From: Methanomicrobiales archaeon
Lineage (GTDB): Archaea > Halobacteriota > Methanomicrobia > Methanomicrobiales > Methanospirillaceae
DNA length: 32,582 nt
Direction of reading: 5' to 3'
Assembly: GCA_037137755.1 (NCBI GenBank)
Contig: JBAXJR010000027.1
Span: 1 to 32,582, forward strand
Below, piece by piece: positions 16,754 to 26,986 of this stretch. A program made the position numbers and the translations under genes. Positions within the stretch are counted from its first letter, which is position 1, and each line of letters opens with the position of its first letter. Under the pieces are notes generated by a model, which did no database searches, was not told the origin of the DNA, and worked only from the letters and a program-made list of their open reading frames with translations.

Positions 16754-18836
16754 CCAGGAAACAAAAAAGGGCCAGGCGGAACTCTATAAACGGGCTGTTA
16801 TTGAAGCGTTTCTGAAACTTGACCCGCGGCTGATGGCAAAGAACATCGTGATGTTCGTCGTTGAAATCGGGTCGATTATTACTACCCTCCTCTGGCTCCA
16901 GGCCCTGACGGGTCATGGTGAAGCCCCGGCGTCATTTATCGGTGCAATCAGTATCTGGCTCTGGTTCACGGTTATCTTTGCCAATTTTGCGGAAGCACTC
17001 GCTGAAGGCAGGGGGAAGGCACAGGCCGAATCGCTCAGGAAAATGCGGCGCGATACCGAGGCCAAGAAACTGAAGGGCGACTACAAGGTCAATAAGAACT
17101 GTGAGCCCGGGGATTCGGATTATGAAATTATCCCATCATCGACGCTCCGCAGGTCAGATCACTACTATGTCCGTTCGGGGGATACCATCCCGCTCGATGG
17201 CGAGATTGTTGAAGGAGTCGCGTCGGTGAACGAGAGTGCCATAACCGGGGAAAGTGCCCCGGTAATCCGTGAGTCAGGTGGGGACCGGAGTGCTGTTACC
17301 GGTGGTACGGTGATCCTTTCCGACTGGCTTATCATCCGGGTGACGGCGAATCCCGGGGAAGGGTTCCTTGATCACATGATTTCCCTCATCGAAGGGGCAA
17401 AGCGACAGAAAACCCCGAACGAAATTGCCCTTAATATTCTCCTTATAGGCCTTACAGCGATTTTTATTGTCGTTTGTGCGACACTCTGGGCTTTTTCTCA
17501 TTATTCAGTGGAGACTGCCGGGTACGGGCAGGTCATCACGGTTACCACGCTCATAGCACTCCTCGTATGCCTTGCCCCGACCACTATCGGAGGCCTGCTT
17601 AGCGCCATCGGCATCGCGGGAATGGACCGGTTAATACGTCGTAATGTTATTACAACCTCGGGCAGGGCAATCGAGGCCGCAGGCGATGTCGATGTGCTCC
17701 TCCTCGACAAGACAGGGACGATCACGTTAGGCAACCGGCAGGCGGTAGAGCTGATCCCGGTGGACGGGACCGATATTACCGAGCTTGCCGAAACAGCCCA
17801 GCTCGCCTCCCTTGCCGATGAAACGCCCGAGGGGAGGAGTATTGTCGTGCTTGTCAAGGAACAGTACGGCCTCCGCGGCCGCAGTGTCGGTGCCCATGAA
17901 GAGACCTCCGGAATGCAGTTTATCCCGTTTTCAAGCCATACCCGGATGAGCGGAGTCGACAGCGGGTCCACATCCATAAGGAAAGGAGCAGCCGATGCAA
18001 TTGCCCATTACATAGAAGATAACGGCAACAATGTCTCCCCGGACCTGAAGGCAAAGGTGGAAACAATATCCGGTTCAGGAGGGACACCGCTTGTCGTAGC
18101 AATGAATGGGAAGGCACTCGGCGTAATCCACCTAAAAGACGTGGTAAAAGGTGGAATCAAGGAACGGTTTTCCCAACTGAGACGAATGGGGATTAAAACG
18201 GTGATGATCACAGGGGATAACAGGCTCACTGCAGCAACCATCGCGGCAGAGGCAGGGGTTGACGACTTCCTTGCAGAGGCGACCCCCGAAAGCAAGCTCC
18301 GGATGATCAGGGATTACCAGGCAGGAGGACGTATGGTCGCAATGACCGGTGACGGAACGAATGATGCACCGGCCCTTGCCCAGGCCGATGTCGCCGTCGC
18401 GATGAACACCGGGACCCAGCCGGCCCGCGAAGCGGCGAACATGATCGACCTGGACAGCAACCCGACCAAGCTCATCGAGATCGTGGAGATCGGGAAACAA
18501 TTGCTCATGACGAGGGGAGCGCTCACCACCTTTTCGATTGCAAATGACCTGGCCAAGTATTTTGCCATTATTCCGGCGGCATTTATCACCACCTATCCGG
18601 CGTTGGCAGCCTTAAACATCCTCGGCCTCCATAATGCCATCCTCTCCGCGGTGATCTTTAATGCACTGATCATTGTCATGCTCATCCCGCTCGCCCTTCG
18701 CGGGGTGCAGTACAAACCGATGACCGCTGAGGAAGCGCTGAGAAACAATATCCTCCTGTACGGTGTCGGGGGTATTGTTGCTCCGTTTATCGGGATCAAA
18801 ATAATTGATATCCTCCTCGTCCTCATGGGGGTGTGA
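16746..18836 (+). CDS. kdpB: K+-transporting P-type ATPase subunit B
   Basis: TGES, DKTGT phosphorylation site, [27 protein letters not shown]. Confidence 0.97.
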   Translation: MSDQETKKGQAELYKRAVIEAFLKLDPRLMAKNIVMFVVEIGSIITTLLWLQALTGHGEAPASFIGAISIWLWFTVIFANFAEALAEGRGKAQAESLRKMRRDTEAKKLKGDYKVNKNCEPGDSDYEIIPSSTLRRSDHYYVRSGDTIPLDGEIVEGVASVNESAITGESAPVIRESGGDRSAVTGGTVILSDWLIIRVTANPGEGFLDHMISLIEGAKRQKTPNEIALNILLIGLTAIFIVVCATLWAFSHYSVETAGYGQVITVTTLIALLVCLAPTTIGGLLSAIGIAGMDRLIRRNVITTSGRAIEAAGDVDVLLLDKTGTITLGNRQAVELIPVDGTDITELAETAQLASLADETPEGRSIVVLVKEQYGLRGRSVGAHEETSGMQFIPFSSHTRMSGVDSGSTSIRKGAADAIAHYIEDNGNNVSPDLKAKVETISGSGGTPLVVAMNGKALGVIHLKDVVKGGIKERFSQLRRMGIKTVMITGDNRLTAATIAAEAGVDDFLAEATPESKLRMIRDYQAGGRMVAMTGDGTNDAPALAQADVAVAMNTGTQPAREAANMIDLDSNPTKLIEIVEIGKQLLMTRGALTTFSIANDLAKYFAIIPAAFITTYPALAALNILGLHNAILSAVIFNALIIVMLIPLALRGVQYKPMTAEEALRNNILLYGVGGIVAPFIGIKIIDILLVLMGV

Positions 18837-20815
18837 GTGCCATGGTGCTGAATGGCGAGAAAAGGCCGGACCCGGACATCCTCCTCGCCCACGTACTCGA
18901 TGAAGAGCGGCAAAAGCACCGGGGCCGTCTCAAGATTTTTCTGGGCTACGTGGCAGGAGTCGGAAAGACCTACGAGATGCTGAATGCGGCACACCTTAGG
19001 AAAAAAGAAGGAGTAAATGTCCTGATTGGGTATGTCGAGACGCATGGCCGGGCTGAAACGGAAGCACTCCTCGAAGGCCTGACCGTCGTTCCGAGAAAAA
19101 TAGTCGAGTACCGGGAAGTTAAACTGGAAGAGATGGACCTCGATGCGGTTGTCGCTGCACGACCTGACCTGGTCCTCGTCGACGAACTGGCACACACCAA
19201 TGCACCCGGTTCGCGTCACCTCAAGCGTTACCAGGATGTTGAAGAGCTTCTCGATGCCGGGATAGACGTGTATACAACCCTCAATGTCCAGCACCTTGAA
19301 AGCCTGAATGATGTTATCGCCCAGATCACCAACATTGTCGTCAGGGAAACAATACCTGACGGTGTCATCGACGAAGCGACCGAAATCGAGCTTGTTGATC
19401 TTGCACCACCCGAACTCCTGCAACGCCTGCGTGAAGGGAAAGTCTATATCCCGGAAATGGCTGCCCGGGCCATGGAGCAGTTCTTCAACGAGGGAAACCT
19501 CTATGCTCTCCGTGAGATCGCACTTCGCCGTGCGGCAGAACGGGTTGATGACCAGATGCTCTCGTACATGCAGACCCGTTCTATCCCAGGCCCTTGGCAT
19601 GCCGGGGAGAGGATACTTGTCTGTGTCGGCCCAAGCCCCCTTTCAGAACGGCTGGTCAGGACCACTAGGCGGCAGGCAGACAGGATTAATGCGAACTGGG
19701 ATGCCATCTATGTCGAAACCCCGTCCCATCACCGGCTCTCAAAAACTGCAAAGGAACAGGTCTGGCGGACACTCCAGCTCGCCGAGAAACTCGGTGCAAC
19801 AACGGCCACGGTATTCGGGCTGAATGTTGCTGATACCGCGATCGAATATGCCAGGAAACATAACATCACCAGGATTATCATCGGAAAGACACTCCGTCCC
19901 CGATGGCAGGAGTTCGTATTCGGCTCGGTCGTGGATACTCTTATCCATAACAGCGGGACCATCGATGTCTATGTCATCAGCAGCCAGGAGAAGGGACCTG
20001 TAAAACAAGTTGAAATGGAACCCCTGCTGCCAGCGTCCCCGCCAAAAGGTTATGCAGGTTGCTTTGGACTGATTATCCTTACCACGCTCATCGGGTGGCT
20101 GCTCAAACCATATATTTCCCAGACCAACGTCCTGATGTTTTACCTGCTTGCCGTGGTGCTAACGGCATATCTATGGGGCCTTCGCCCGGCGATTGCAAGT
20201 GCAATTCTCGGGGTACTGGCCTTTGACTTCTTTTTCGTATCGCCGTACCTGAGTTTTCGGGTATCCGACTCGGAGTATGTCATCACCTTTTTTGGTTTGA
20301 TTGTGGTCGCCGGTGTGATTAGCCTGTTGGTTGCCCGTGTTCGGGAACATGCATTTGCAGCACAGGAACGAGAAAAAGAGACCAGTACCCTCTTTGCGTT
20401 GTCACAGGACCTCACGGTAGCAACAGATATCAATGAGGTGACTAATGCAGTCACCAGGCATATCGGAGAAATATTTGGCTGGGAATGTGTTTTCCTCATA
20501 TCCGACAACGGTTCCCTCGTACAACATCCTGGGAGTCCGGGCCTTGTGCTGGATGCCAATGAAATCGCCGTTGGGACCTGGGCATTTTCACATGATACCA
20601 TCTCCGGGTACGATACCGATACCCTTCACTCGTCCCGGTTGAGATATATACCGCTCCGTACTAACCGGGGAAAGCTCGGGATTCTCGGGGTAAAACCAAA
20701 CGAACCCGATGGTGTGATCAGCCCCGAGCAGTCCAGGCTCCTGACTGCATTTGCCAACCAGGTGGCACTTGCGATCGAACGCGTGAATGTCACCTCGGTT
20801 TATGAAAATAAATGA
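18833..20815 (+). CDS. kdpD: KdpD sensor lacking the histidine kinase transmitter domains
   Basis: Walker [21 protein letters not shown] domain, 4-TM region and GAF domain; the protein ends at [14 protein letters not shown] with no HisKA or HATPase domain. The start may be ATG 18842. Confidence 0.9.
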   Translation: MSAMVLNGEKRPDPDILLAHVLDEERQKHRGRLKIFLGYVAGVGKTYEMLNAAHLRKKEGVNVLIGYVETHGRAETEALLEGLTVVPRKIVEYREVKLEEMDLDAVVAARPDLVLVDELAHTNAPGSRHLKRYQDVEELLDAGIDVYTTLNVQHLESLNDVIAQITNIVVRETIPDGVIDEATEIELVDLAPPELLQRLREGKVYIPEMAARAMEQFFNEGNLYALREIALRRAAERVDDQMLSYMQTRSIPGPWHAGERILVCVGPSPLSERLVRTTRRQADRINANWDAIYVETPSHHRLSKTAKEQVWRTLQLAEKLGATTATVFGLNVADTAIEYARKHNITRIIIGKTLRPRWQEFVFGSVVDTLIHNSGTIDVYVISSQEKGPVKQVEMEPLLPASPPKGYAGCFGLIILTTLIGWLLKPYISQTNVLMFYLLAVVLTAYLWGLRPAIASAILGVLAFDFFFVSPYLSFRVSDSEYVITFFGLIVVAGVISLLVARVREHAFAAQEREKETSTLFALSQDLTVATDINEVTNAVTRHIGEIFGWECVFLISDNGSLVQHPGSPGLVLDANEIAVGTWAFSHDTISGYDTDTLHSSRLRYIPLRTNRGKLGILGVKPNEPDGVISPEQSRLLTAFANQVALAIERVNVTSVYENK

Positions 20816-21109
20816 AAAAGTGAACGTAATTGTAAACCACGTGGAAACCAAATTTTTTGATATCGGTTTATGTTTGAATATAGTTTTAATGGTAATCAGG
20901 AAGAGCACGGGGCTTTCCTCCTCTTGAATTACCCTTTAGCCTTTTCTAGGTCCCACTATTCCTGTAGATTGGAAGAAAAAAAGAAGGAGAGGGCCAGAAA
21001 ATCTAAACCAGTGATTTTTACTAACTATAAATGTAGATGCGATCCGAATTGTGAAGGATTAGATTATTGTCCTCGTTTCAAAAGATATTGTATGAAAAAA
21101 GAATGAGCA

Positions 21110-21337
21110 TCATGGGTCAAATGTTCCACGTTCTCTTTTAAGAGTCTTCAACAGGTCGATTGTCGTAAACATGATTGCAGCTTCAAGAGGATCATCGAAG
21201 TATGCAAGTTCCGGACCTCTCCTTTTTTCCAGTAGTTGCACCAGTTCAATACCGTATTTCAGGTCATTATTTGGTAAACGATTTACAATTCTTCCCCATC
21301 TTTCTGTTAGTCGTTTCATATCGGTAGCGGTAACCAT
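21110..21337 (-). CDS. Small helical protein resembling the PolB2-associated small protein (arCOG07300-like)
   Basis: 75 aa from ATG 21337: ...ERWGRIVNRL...YGIELVQLLE...AYFDDPLEAAIMFTTIDLLK...; similarity recalled from memory, not searched. Confidence 0.5.
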   Translation of the reverse strand: MVTATDMKRLTERWGRIVNRLPNNDLKYGIELVQLLEKRRGPELAYFDDPLEAAIMFTTIDLLKTLKRERGTFDP

Positions 21338-21410
21338 TGAATAAAAAATAGATTTTCGGGTATATGGTAAGATACCGGGGGCGGTGTGAAAGTGTCCTTT
21401 GGGTATCAGT

Positions 21411-21466
21411 CCTTCCGGCTTCAATGGCATCGGTCGGGGTGGGGGATGTGGAGTATGGAAATCACA
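21411..21466 (+). repeat. Dispersed intergenic repeat, copy 3
   Basis: ccttccggcttcaatggcatcggtcggggtgggggatgtggagtatggaaatcaca shares segments with copies 1 and 2. Confidence 0.55.
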
Positions 21467-21876
21467 GAATCTTTGGGCTCTTCGCTATTATGAGTGGGTA
21501 ACTATGAGACGCCAAAAAAAATTAATTGATGGGGCGCCGCCCCAAACCCCGGTTAAGAGAGTTCCGCCGCCCCAGAAGGACGCCCCGGCGGCGATTCAGT
21601 GCGTGTTTAGGCAATTGTCCATAGTATTTCCAATATTTAAAGATATTTTCCAATTTTAATGTTTGAAATGTCTTTTGATTTCATTTGTTGATATCTTAAG
21701 TTCAGGTTATCTACCCACACGAAACAGCGAAGAGGCGTTATTTATGACGTGCTCAAAATAACCTCATAAATGGGCTTCTTTTCCGCGTATTTCATTACCA
21801 TCTGCAAGTTGCAGGCACATCGCTGACTATTTCGAAATCTTCATAATCTTCTCCTTCTAATTGACCATGTTAGGTC

Positions 21877-23091
21877 ATGATAAACATACGAATGTATCTG
21901 CGAATCACGGGGATCCTGGTTATCCTCCTGGTGGGTGTGATGATCCCAGTATCAGCCGGAGCGGTTCCTGACCTGAAGGGTTCCTGGACCGGAATTTCCG
22001 TGGAACAGTACTCCCCGGCAGGCGGGTTTGAAAACCTGACCGCTGATCTTCGATCATTCCGGATTACCGGGCAGGATGGTCGGGGATTTGTTGGAGAAGA
22101 GACGTTTTACGATCGGCCAACAGGCAAAAATATAACTGAAATATTCTCCGGTGCATTATCGCCTGATGGTCGCATGTATGAACTGGACAACGAGGGAAGT
22201 GGGATCTCATTCGGGGAGATTGTTTCAGACCATGAGTTCTACATTACTATGCTCTTTTCTGAAAGGGGCCCGATGATTATATCCCTGCATTTGGTGAAAT
22301 CAGGGACAAATGCCTCTCCACCAGGTAAAGTGCCGGAACTGATCGGGACATGGAACCTCACGCACTACCGGAAAAATTCAGCAAGTACTACCGGCCTCCT
22401 CACCATTGATCAGCAGCAGGGCAGAATCTGGAGCGGGACTGAAAAGGTCCAGGATGAAGACGGGACTTCTATCGACCTGACGCTTGCAGGAACTGTCGGA
22501 GAGACCGGGAGAATATATGCAACTTCAGCAGACGGGGCATATATGTTCGGCTCCCTGGTGGGAGAGGATAGCATTCAGAGTGCTTTCATCATACCCGGAG
22601 ATACCGACGGGACCTATGTGGTTGATCGCGTGGTAACAAAAAATGAGACAGCAATACCACAATCTGACCTTTCGTATCCGGTCATGGCAGGAGACTGGAA
22701 GATTGATAATCGGAACGTGATCGAGAATGGGAAAATAACAAATGTAGGGCCTGTGTCTGATGAGTGGGTCTCCTTTTCCAACCAGACAGGGAAGTTCTTT
22801 ACTGCTGTGCGACACAACCGGATAGCAGGAGTCCTGCCTGATATGGAAGTGTCTGGGGTATTCCGTTTACCCAATGAAGCATTCCTTACGGGTGCAGATT
22901 CGGAAATAGTGATATATCACGTCCTTGATAATTCCAGCATAGAAGCGATAGTGAACAGAAAGGATAAAAAAGCTTCATTATATGTGGATGTATTGACCCG
23001 GAAACCACACATCCAATTATTTTCAGATATACTTAACAATATTTCCGTGCGAAGGTGGATGCTCGCCCATCCCACCAGGCATATCCTGTAA
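21877..23091 (+). CDS. Secreted protein with three tandem beta-rich domains of about 115-120 aa
   Basis: Signal peptide (RITGILVILLVGVMIPVSA); repeats start PDLKGSW, PELIGTW, PVMAGDW and each continues with a Q.G(R/K).(F/W) segment. Confidence 0.75.
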   Translation: MINIRMYLRITGILVILLVGVMIPVSAGAVPDLKGSWTGISVEQYSPAGGFENLTADLRSFRITGQDGRGFVGEETFYDRPTGKNITEIFSGALSPDGRMYELDNEGSGISFGEIVSDHEFYITMLFSERGPMIISLHLVKSGTNASPPGKVPELIGTWNLTHYRKNSASTTGLLTIDQQQGRIWSGTEKVQDEDGTSIDLTLAGTVGETGRIYATSADGAYMFGSLVGEDSIQSAFIIPGDTDGTYVVDRVVTKNETAIPQSDLSYPVMAGDWKIDNRNVIENGKITNVGPVSDEWVSFSNQTGKFFTAVRHNRIAGVLPDMEVSGVFRLPNEAFLTGADSEIVIYHVLDNSSIEAIVNRKDKKASLYVDVLTRKPHIQLFSDILNNISVRRWMLAHPTRHIL

Positions 23092-23315
23092 ATGGGGAGG
23101 GTTCAGGGAAAGGGAATGTGGTTCCCCTCCCCTGGCATCCTGGTATCAGGCAACCCGCTCAGTACAGCGATGAGCCAGTTTTTTTCGATTATTATGAGCC
23201 GGGGGAGGACCCTTTCTAGTTGTATGTCAATTCTATGAATTTTAGGCCGGGTTCCAAATAATTCAACCGGGGCGGTGTATTCCACGGGTCCCTTTATGCC
23301 CGGTACAGGCGGTCC

Positions 23316-23357
23316 TGGATAGCACGAACAGGAAAGGGGGCGTGTTTGCGGGGAAGT
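23316..23357 (+). repeat. 42-bp imperfect direct repeat, right copy, just downstream of the mcrA terminator
   Basis: 35/42 identical to 8296-8337. Confidence 0.75.
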
Positions 23358-23365
23358 AATTACTC

Positions 23366-23382
23366 AAAAAAAAGGAAAAAAA
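23366..23382 (-). terminator. Oligo-U archaeal terminator of the mcr operon
   Basis: Two T-runs separated by CC on the minus strand, about 15 bp after the mcrA stop codon. Confidence 0.7.
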
Positions 23383-23397
23383 ATGGATGAATTGATC

Positions 23398-25083
23398 TTA
23401 CCTTGCTGGTATGATCAGTGAGCGTTCTCCGGCGGGCATGAACTCGCGGATTGCACCCTTTGCGAACTCTCTGCGTGGTTCGGAGAAGTCGAACTTGAGC
23501 GAGGGGTCGGCGAAACAGATCTTGATTAAGGGACTGAGGGTCCATGCATCGCCGCGTCCAAAGTGAGCAGCGCCTGCGATTGCAGCGTACTCTCCCTGGT
23601 GACCGACGTTCATTGCGTAGTTCGGGAAGTTTGGTCCACGGAGTTCTCCGATACAACCTTCGTCACCACGGATGGCCATCGAGTTTGCGGAACCGCACTG
23701 GTCCTGCAGGTCGTAGCCGAAGAAGCCGAGACGTGACCATCCTTCCTTGTGCAGGAGCATGGACATGTACCAGGCGTTCAGACCGGCATTGGAGTTTCCG
23801 GTACCGATTGCGGCGGACAGACCTGATGCGGCTGCGAGGACGGATGCACGCTGTGAGCCACCGAAGTGGGTCTCGAGTGCAGTCGGGAACTGTTCGTACT
23901 GTTCCATACCGTAGAGCGTGACTTCAGTTGCAACATCGTTGACTGCTTCCTGCTTGCAGGGTACCTTGCCGAGGCCACCGAACTTGGACTTGATATAGTC
24001 CATACCGTAGTAGCAGTAGTCGTCGAGGATGTTGTCGGTGTATGCTGCGGTTGCATACTGTGTGAATCCGACACCACCGGACATGTAAGATCCGAGCCAG
24101 ATCTGGTCGAAGAGCATCGCACCAGCGCCGACAACCTCGAGGGATGCACGGACCGGGTCGTTCGGGTACTTGCGGTCGCCCTGGATCATATCGGCGAAGT
24201 GACCGAACTTGATACCACCGGGCTCATTTGGACCACGTGCACGGCGGGCTGGCAGGATGTCGGCCATCTGGATGACACCGGCGTGCTTTGCGGCGTATGC
24301 AAGGTCTGCGGTTGCTGCTTCACCGGCGCACATGTGGTACGCACTGATGAACGACATACCGATCTGCATGGCTGACCATCTTGAGGTGGTCCCACCATCG
24401 CAGGTCCTTGATACGATTGTTGGGATGTGAACTGCCTGGTACATTGACTTGCCGACTGCGGCCTTGAGTGCCTCGGCACTCTTGCCTGGGAAGAGCTTCT
24501 CAATGTTGATCAGGAACTGTGGCTCGATGTCGTCTGCCATCTCGTCGTCGCCGGTAAATACCTTGACGTAACAGTCGTCTACGAGTGCTGGGTGAGTCTC
24601 GACCATGTGTTCCTGAACGACTGCCGCACCGGGCATTGCGTGGTTCAGTACGTGGAGGTACTCGTTGATGGTTTCGGGGGTGACTTCCTTACCGAGACGC
24701 TTCTGGAGGGTCTGGTGAGCGAGGTCGAGTCCTACGATGATGGTCCTCCGGATGTCGTCCCACATCTGCTGCATGGCAGCGTTGTTGACGAAGTGAAGGT
24801 CATCACCCTCAACGAAGACACCGGTGTTGGAAACTTCGTAGGTCATCAGCTGGCGCTGACCGAGTGGGATACCACCAAGGTGGCAGCGGATTGGGTCGTA
24901 CTGGCTGATTCCACGTTCCATCGCTACCTTCTGGCCTTCCTTGACGAAATCCATCTTGTTCTTGGACTGCTTTAGCCCCTCACGTGCGAACACGGTCTGG
25001 GTTGCCTGTGGGTCCTCTGCGAATTTGGTCTTGAGCGCCTTCAGGAAGAGCTTCTGGGTTCTTTCGATTTTCTTTGTTGCCAT
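23398..25083 (-). CDS. mcrA: Methyl-coenzyme M reductase alpha subunit
   Basis: [67 protein letters not shown]; start at ATG 25083. Confidence 0.99.
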   Translation of the reverse strand: MATKKIERTQKLFLKALKTKFAEDPQATQTVFAREGLKQSKNKMDFVKEGQKVAMERGISQYDPIRCHLGGIPLGQRQLMTYEVSNTGVFVEGDDLHFVNNAAMQQMWDDIRRTIIVGLDLAHQTLQKRLGKEVTPETINEYLHVLNHAMPGAAVVQEHMVETHPALVDDCYVKVFTGDDEMADDIEPQFLINIEKLFPGKSAEALKAAVGKSMYQAVHIPTIVSRTCDGGTTSRWSAMQIGMSFISAYHMCAGEAATADLAYAAKHAGVIQMADILPARRARGPNEPGGIKFGHFADMIQGDRKYPNDPVRASLEVVGAGAMLFDQIWLGSYMSGGVGFTQYATAAYTDNILDDYCYYGMDYIKSKFGGLGKVPCKQEAVNDVATEVTLYGMEQYEQFPTALETHFGGSQRASVLAAASGLSAAIGTGNSNAGLNAWYMSMLLHKEGWSRLGFFGYDLQDQCGSANSMAIRGDEGCIGELRGPNFPNYAMNVGHQGEYAAIAGAAHFGRGDAWTLSPLIKICFADPSLKFDFSEPRREFAKGAIREFMPAGERSLIIPAR

Positions 25084-25089
25084 TTTCAA

Positions 25090-25854
25090 TCACTCCGTTG
25101 GCATGAAGCCGTATTTGGTCCTCAGCGAGTGAACACGCTGTACGTATTCGATATATTCAGCATCATCACGGAAGGGTACACCGACGAGTGAGTGGAAGAT
25201 ACCGGTGTGTGCCTTGAGCCACTTTTCGTCCATTGGCTTCCCGACCTTGACTTCCTTGTCAAGGGGCTCACCAATCTGGTTCTTGACGTACTTTACAATG
25301 CCGCTCTTCTTGTCGAGGACGCAGCGCTGGAGCATGTCGAACATCATCCCGTCTTCTGCGAGACGAAGGGAGTGCCCGTGCACGGTACATCCACGGACTG
25401 CGGTGAGGGCCGGGTCGAAGAGGACGGTGTTGACGAGGTCTTTGGAGTATTTTTCGAGGTCTCTCTCACGGCATTCAAGGATCTGACGTCCTGAGAGGGT
25501 ACCGGGGTCAATTCCACGGTATTTGTATGCCTCGAGGTATGACCTGAGGTAGGGCTGGCAGGGTGCATTGTACATCGAGTCAGCGAACTGGATGTAGCGG
25601 ATGCGGTCCCCGGCTTTTGCGCCGTCTGTCGGGGTCACGAGTTTCCTGATTGGACATGCTGGTTCCGTTTGTTCTGCAAGCGGGGGGTGGGCAGTCTTGT
25701 ATGCAGACCCTGGTGCACGGTGCCCGAGGATCAGTACGAGGTCTTCATCCGTCACATCACGGATCTTTTCCAGCTTCTGTTCCGGGTCCATGTACTTGCG
25801 CCTGTTTGCGGCGACAATAGATGTACCAGGTCCATACTGTGGTTTGTAAGCCAT
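25090..25854 (-). CDS. mcrG: Methyl-coenzyme M reductase gamma subunit
   Basis: LGHRAPG..Y...HPPL, RYIQFADSMY, DPGTLSGRQ, VHGHSLRL. Confidence 0.99.
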   Translation of the reverse strand: MAYKPQYGPGTSIVAANRRKYMDPEQKLEKIRDVTDEDLVLILGHRAPGSAYKTAHPPLAEQTEPACPIRKLVTPTDGAKAGDRIRYIQFADSMYNAPCQPYLRSYLEAYKYRGIDPGTLSGRQILECRERDLEKYSKDLVNTVLFDPALTAVRGCTVHGHSLRLAEDGMMFDMLQRCVLDKKSGIVKYVKNQIGEPLDKEVKVGKPMDEKWLKAHTGIFHSLVGVPFRDDAEYIEYVQRVHSLRTKYGFMPTE

Positions 25855-25857
25855 TTT

Positions 25858-26496
25858 TTATCTCTCCTGATTTTTTTCAGATTTCATTATTTTCATTACT
25901 GCATGAATGACTTCTGCCATTTTTTCACGTGTTGGTGTCTGACCCCTGGTAACACCGCTGACAATTGCCATCACGGTGCCCCTTGTCTTCACCTTGTCTG
26001 CAGGTGGCATTACCACCGCAGTCTTTACGCCTTCCTTTGCGAGATCTTCAAAGTCAATCGGGGCCTGGGAGACCACGACAGCCCTTATATCGCAAGCCTG
26101 GAGAATGTATCTCACCTTGTGGACTACATGGGAGCGTACATTTCCATGGTGCAGAATGGCAAGTTTATGCTTCTCGATCTGCCGGATCTCTTTATCGGTT
26201 ATGCCGAAATATGCTCCGAGTACACCACCGCCGATATGCTGTGCATCGGGTGGCACGCCGCTTCCGGCGTTCAGCACCAGTGTACTGATGCTGTACTCGA
26301 TCCCCTGTTGTCTCAGTGCTGAGGTTATATCGCACACGGGCTTGGTGACATGGCGCCGTCCCGGGGACATGCCGACCACGATAACATCCGGGTAACGGCA
26401 TTCTGATATGGTCCCTCGCTGGGCAATTCCACCACCTTTTCCCATGCCCATTGCCTCACGGCAATCGACAACCTGGGTAACTCTTCCCATCGGCAT
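25858..26496 (-). CDS. mcrC: MCR operon protein C
   Basis: VVDCRE.MG.G.GGG.AQRGT, SPGRRHVTKPVCDIT; position in the operon. Confidence 0.97.
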   Translation of the reverse strand: MPMGRVTQVVDCREAMGMGKGGGIAQRGTISECRYPDVIVVGMSPGRRHVTKPVCDITSALRQQGIEYSISTLVLNAGSGVPPDAQHIGGGVLGAYFGITDKEIRQIEKHKLAILHHGNVRSHVVHKVRYILQACDIRAVVVSQAPIDFEDLAKEGVKTAVVMPPADKVKTRGTVMAIVSGVTRGQTPTREKMAEVIHAVMKIMKSEKNQER

Positions 26497-26498
26497 AG

Positions 26499-26969
26499 TT
26501 ATTTTATTCCCTGTAGTATAACGGGGCCCGTTTTGCTTTTTGGATCCGCCATTCCGATAATACTCTTATCCGCATCCGGTCCGTACTTTGCATAATCAGA
26601 CAATGATGGTTCCGTCTTCATATACCGTCCTTCCTGGATACGGTACGTGAACTCGGTAAAAACCGGATCACATGCTGCCTTGAGTGATGGAATCACATCA
26701 CGGCTTTCCAGTTCGAGCAGTAGTGTCCCAACATGAACGGCGAGTTCCATCTCCTTTTCGCCAACCTTGATCATTCCTCTCATGGAATGAGGATTGGTGG
26801 TATTACGGGCAGGCCCGTAAGGGACCGTGGATGGCAGCCGGGGACCATTCAGGATGATCCTCCGGATTCCTTCCACGGCAACAATCCGGTTGAGGAGACG
26901 TTCCACTGTTTCAGGGTTGAGTAAACGCTCGGTGACGATTCTTACCTGAGGATAATTGGCATCTGTCAT
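26499..26969 (-). CDS. mcrD: MCR operon protein D
   Basis: RLLNPET.E.LLN, GPRLP..VPYGPAR, SDYAKYG; position in the operon. Confidence 0.96.
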   Translation of the reverse strand: MTDANYPQVRIVTERLLNPETVERLLNRIVAVEGIRRIILNGPRLPSTVPYGPARNTTNPHSMRGMIKVGEKEMELAVHVGTLLLELESRDVIPSLKAACDPVFTEFTYRIQEGRYMKTEPSLSDYAKYGPDADKSIIGMADPKSKTGPVILQGIK

Positions 26970-26986
26970 TCGAATCCTTAATGAAG

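Noticed and set aside
23104-23134. Hairpin as a novel ncRNA
   Set aside because: A simple imperfect stem between convergent genes, adequately explained as a terminator-like structure.
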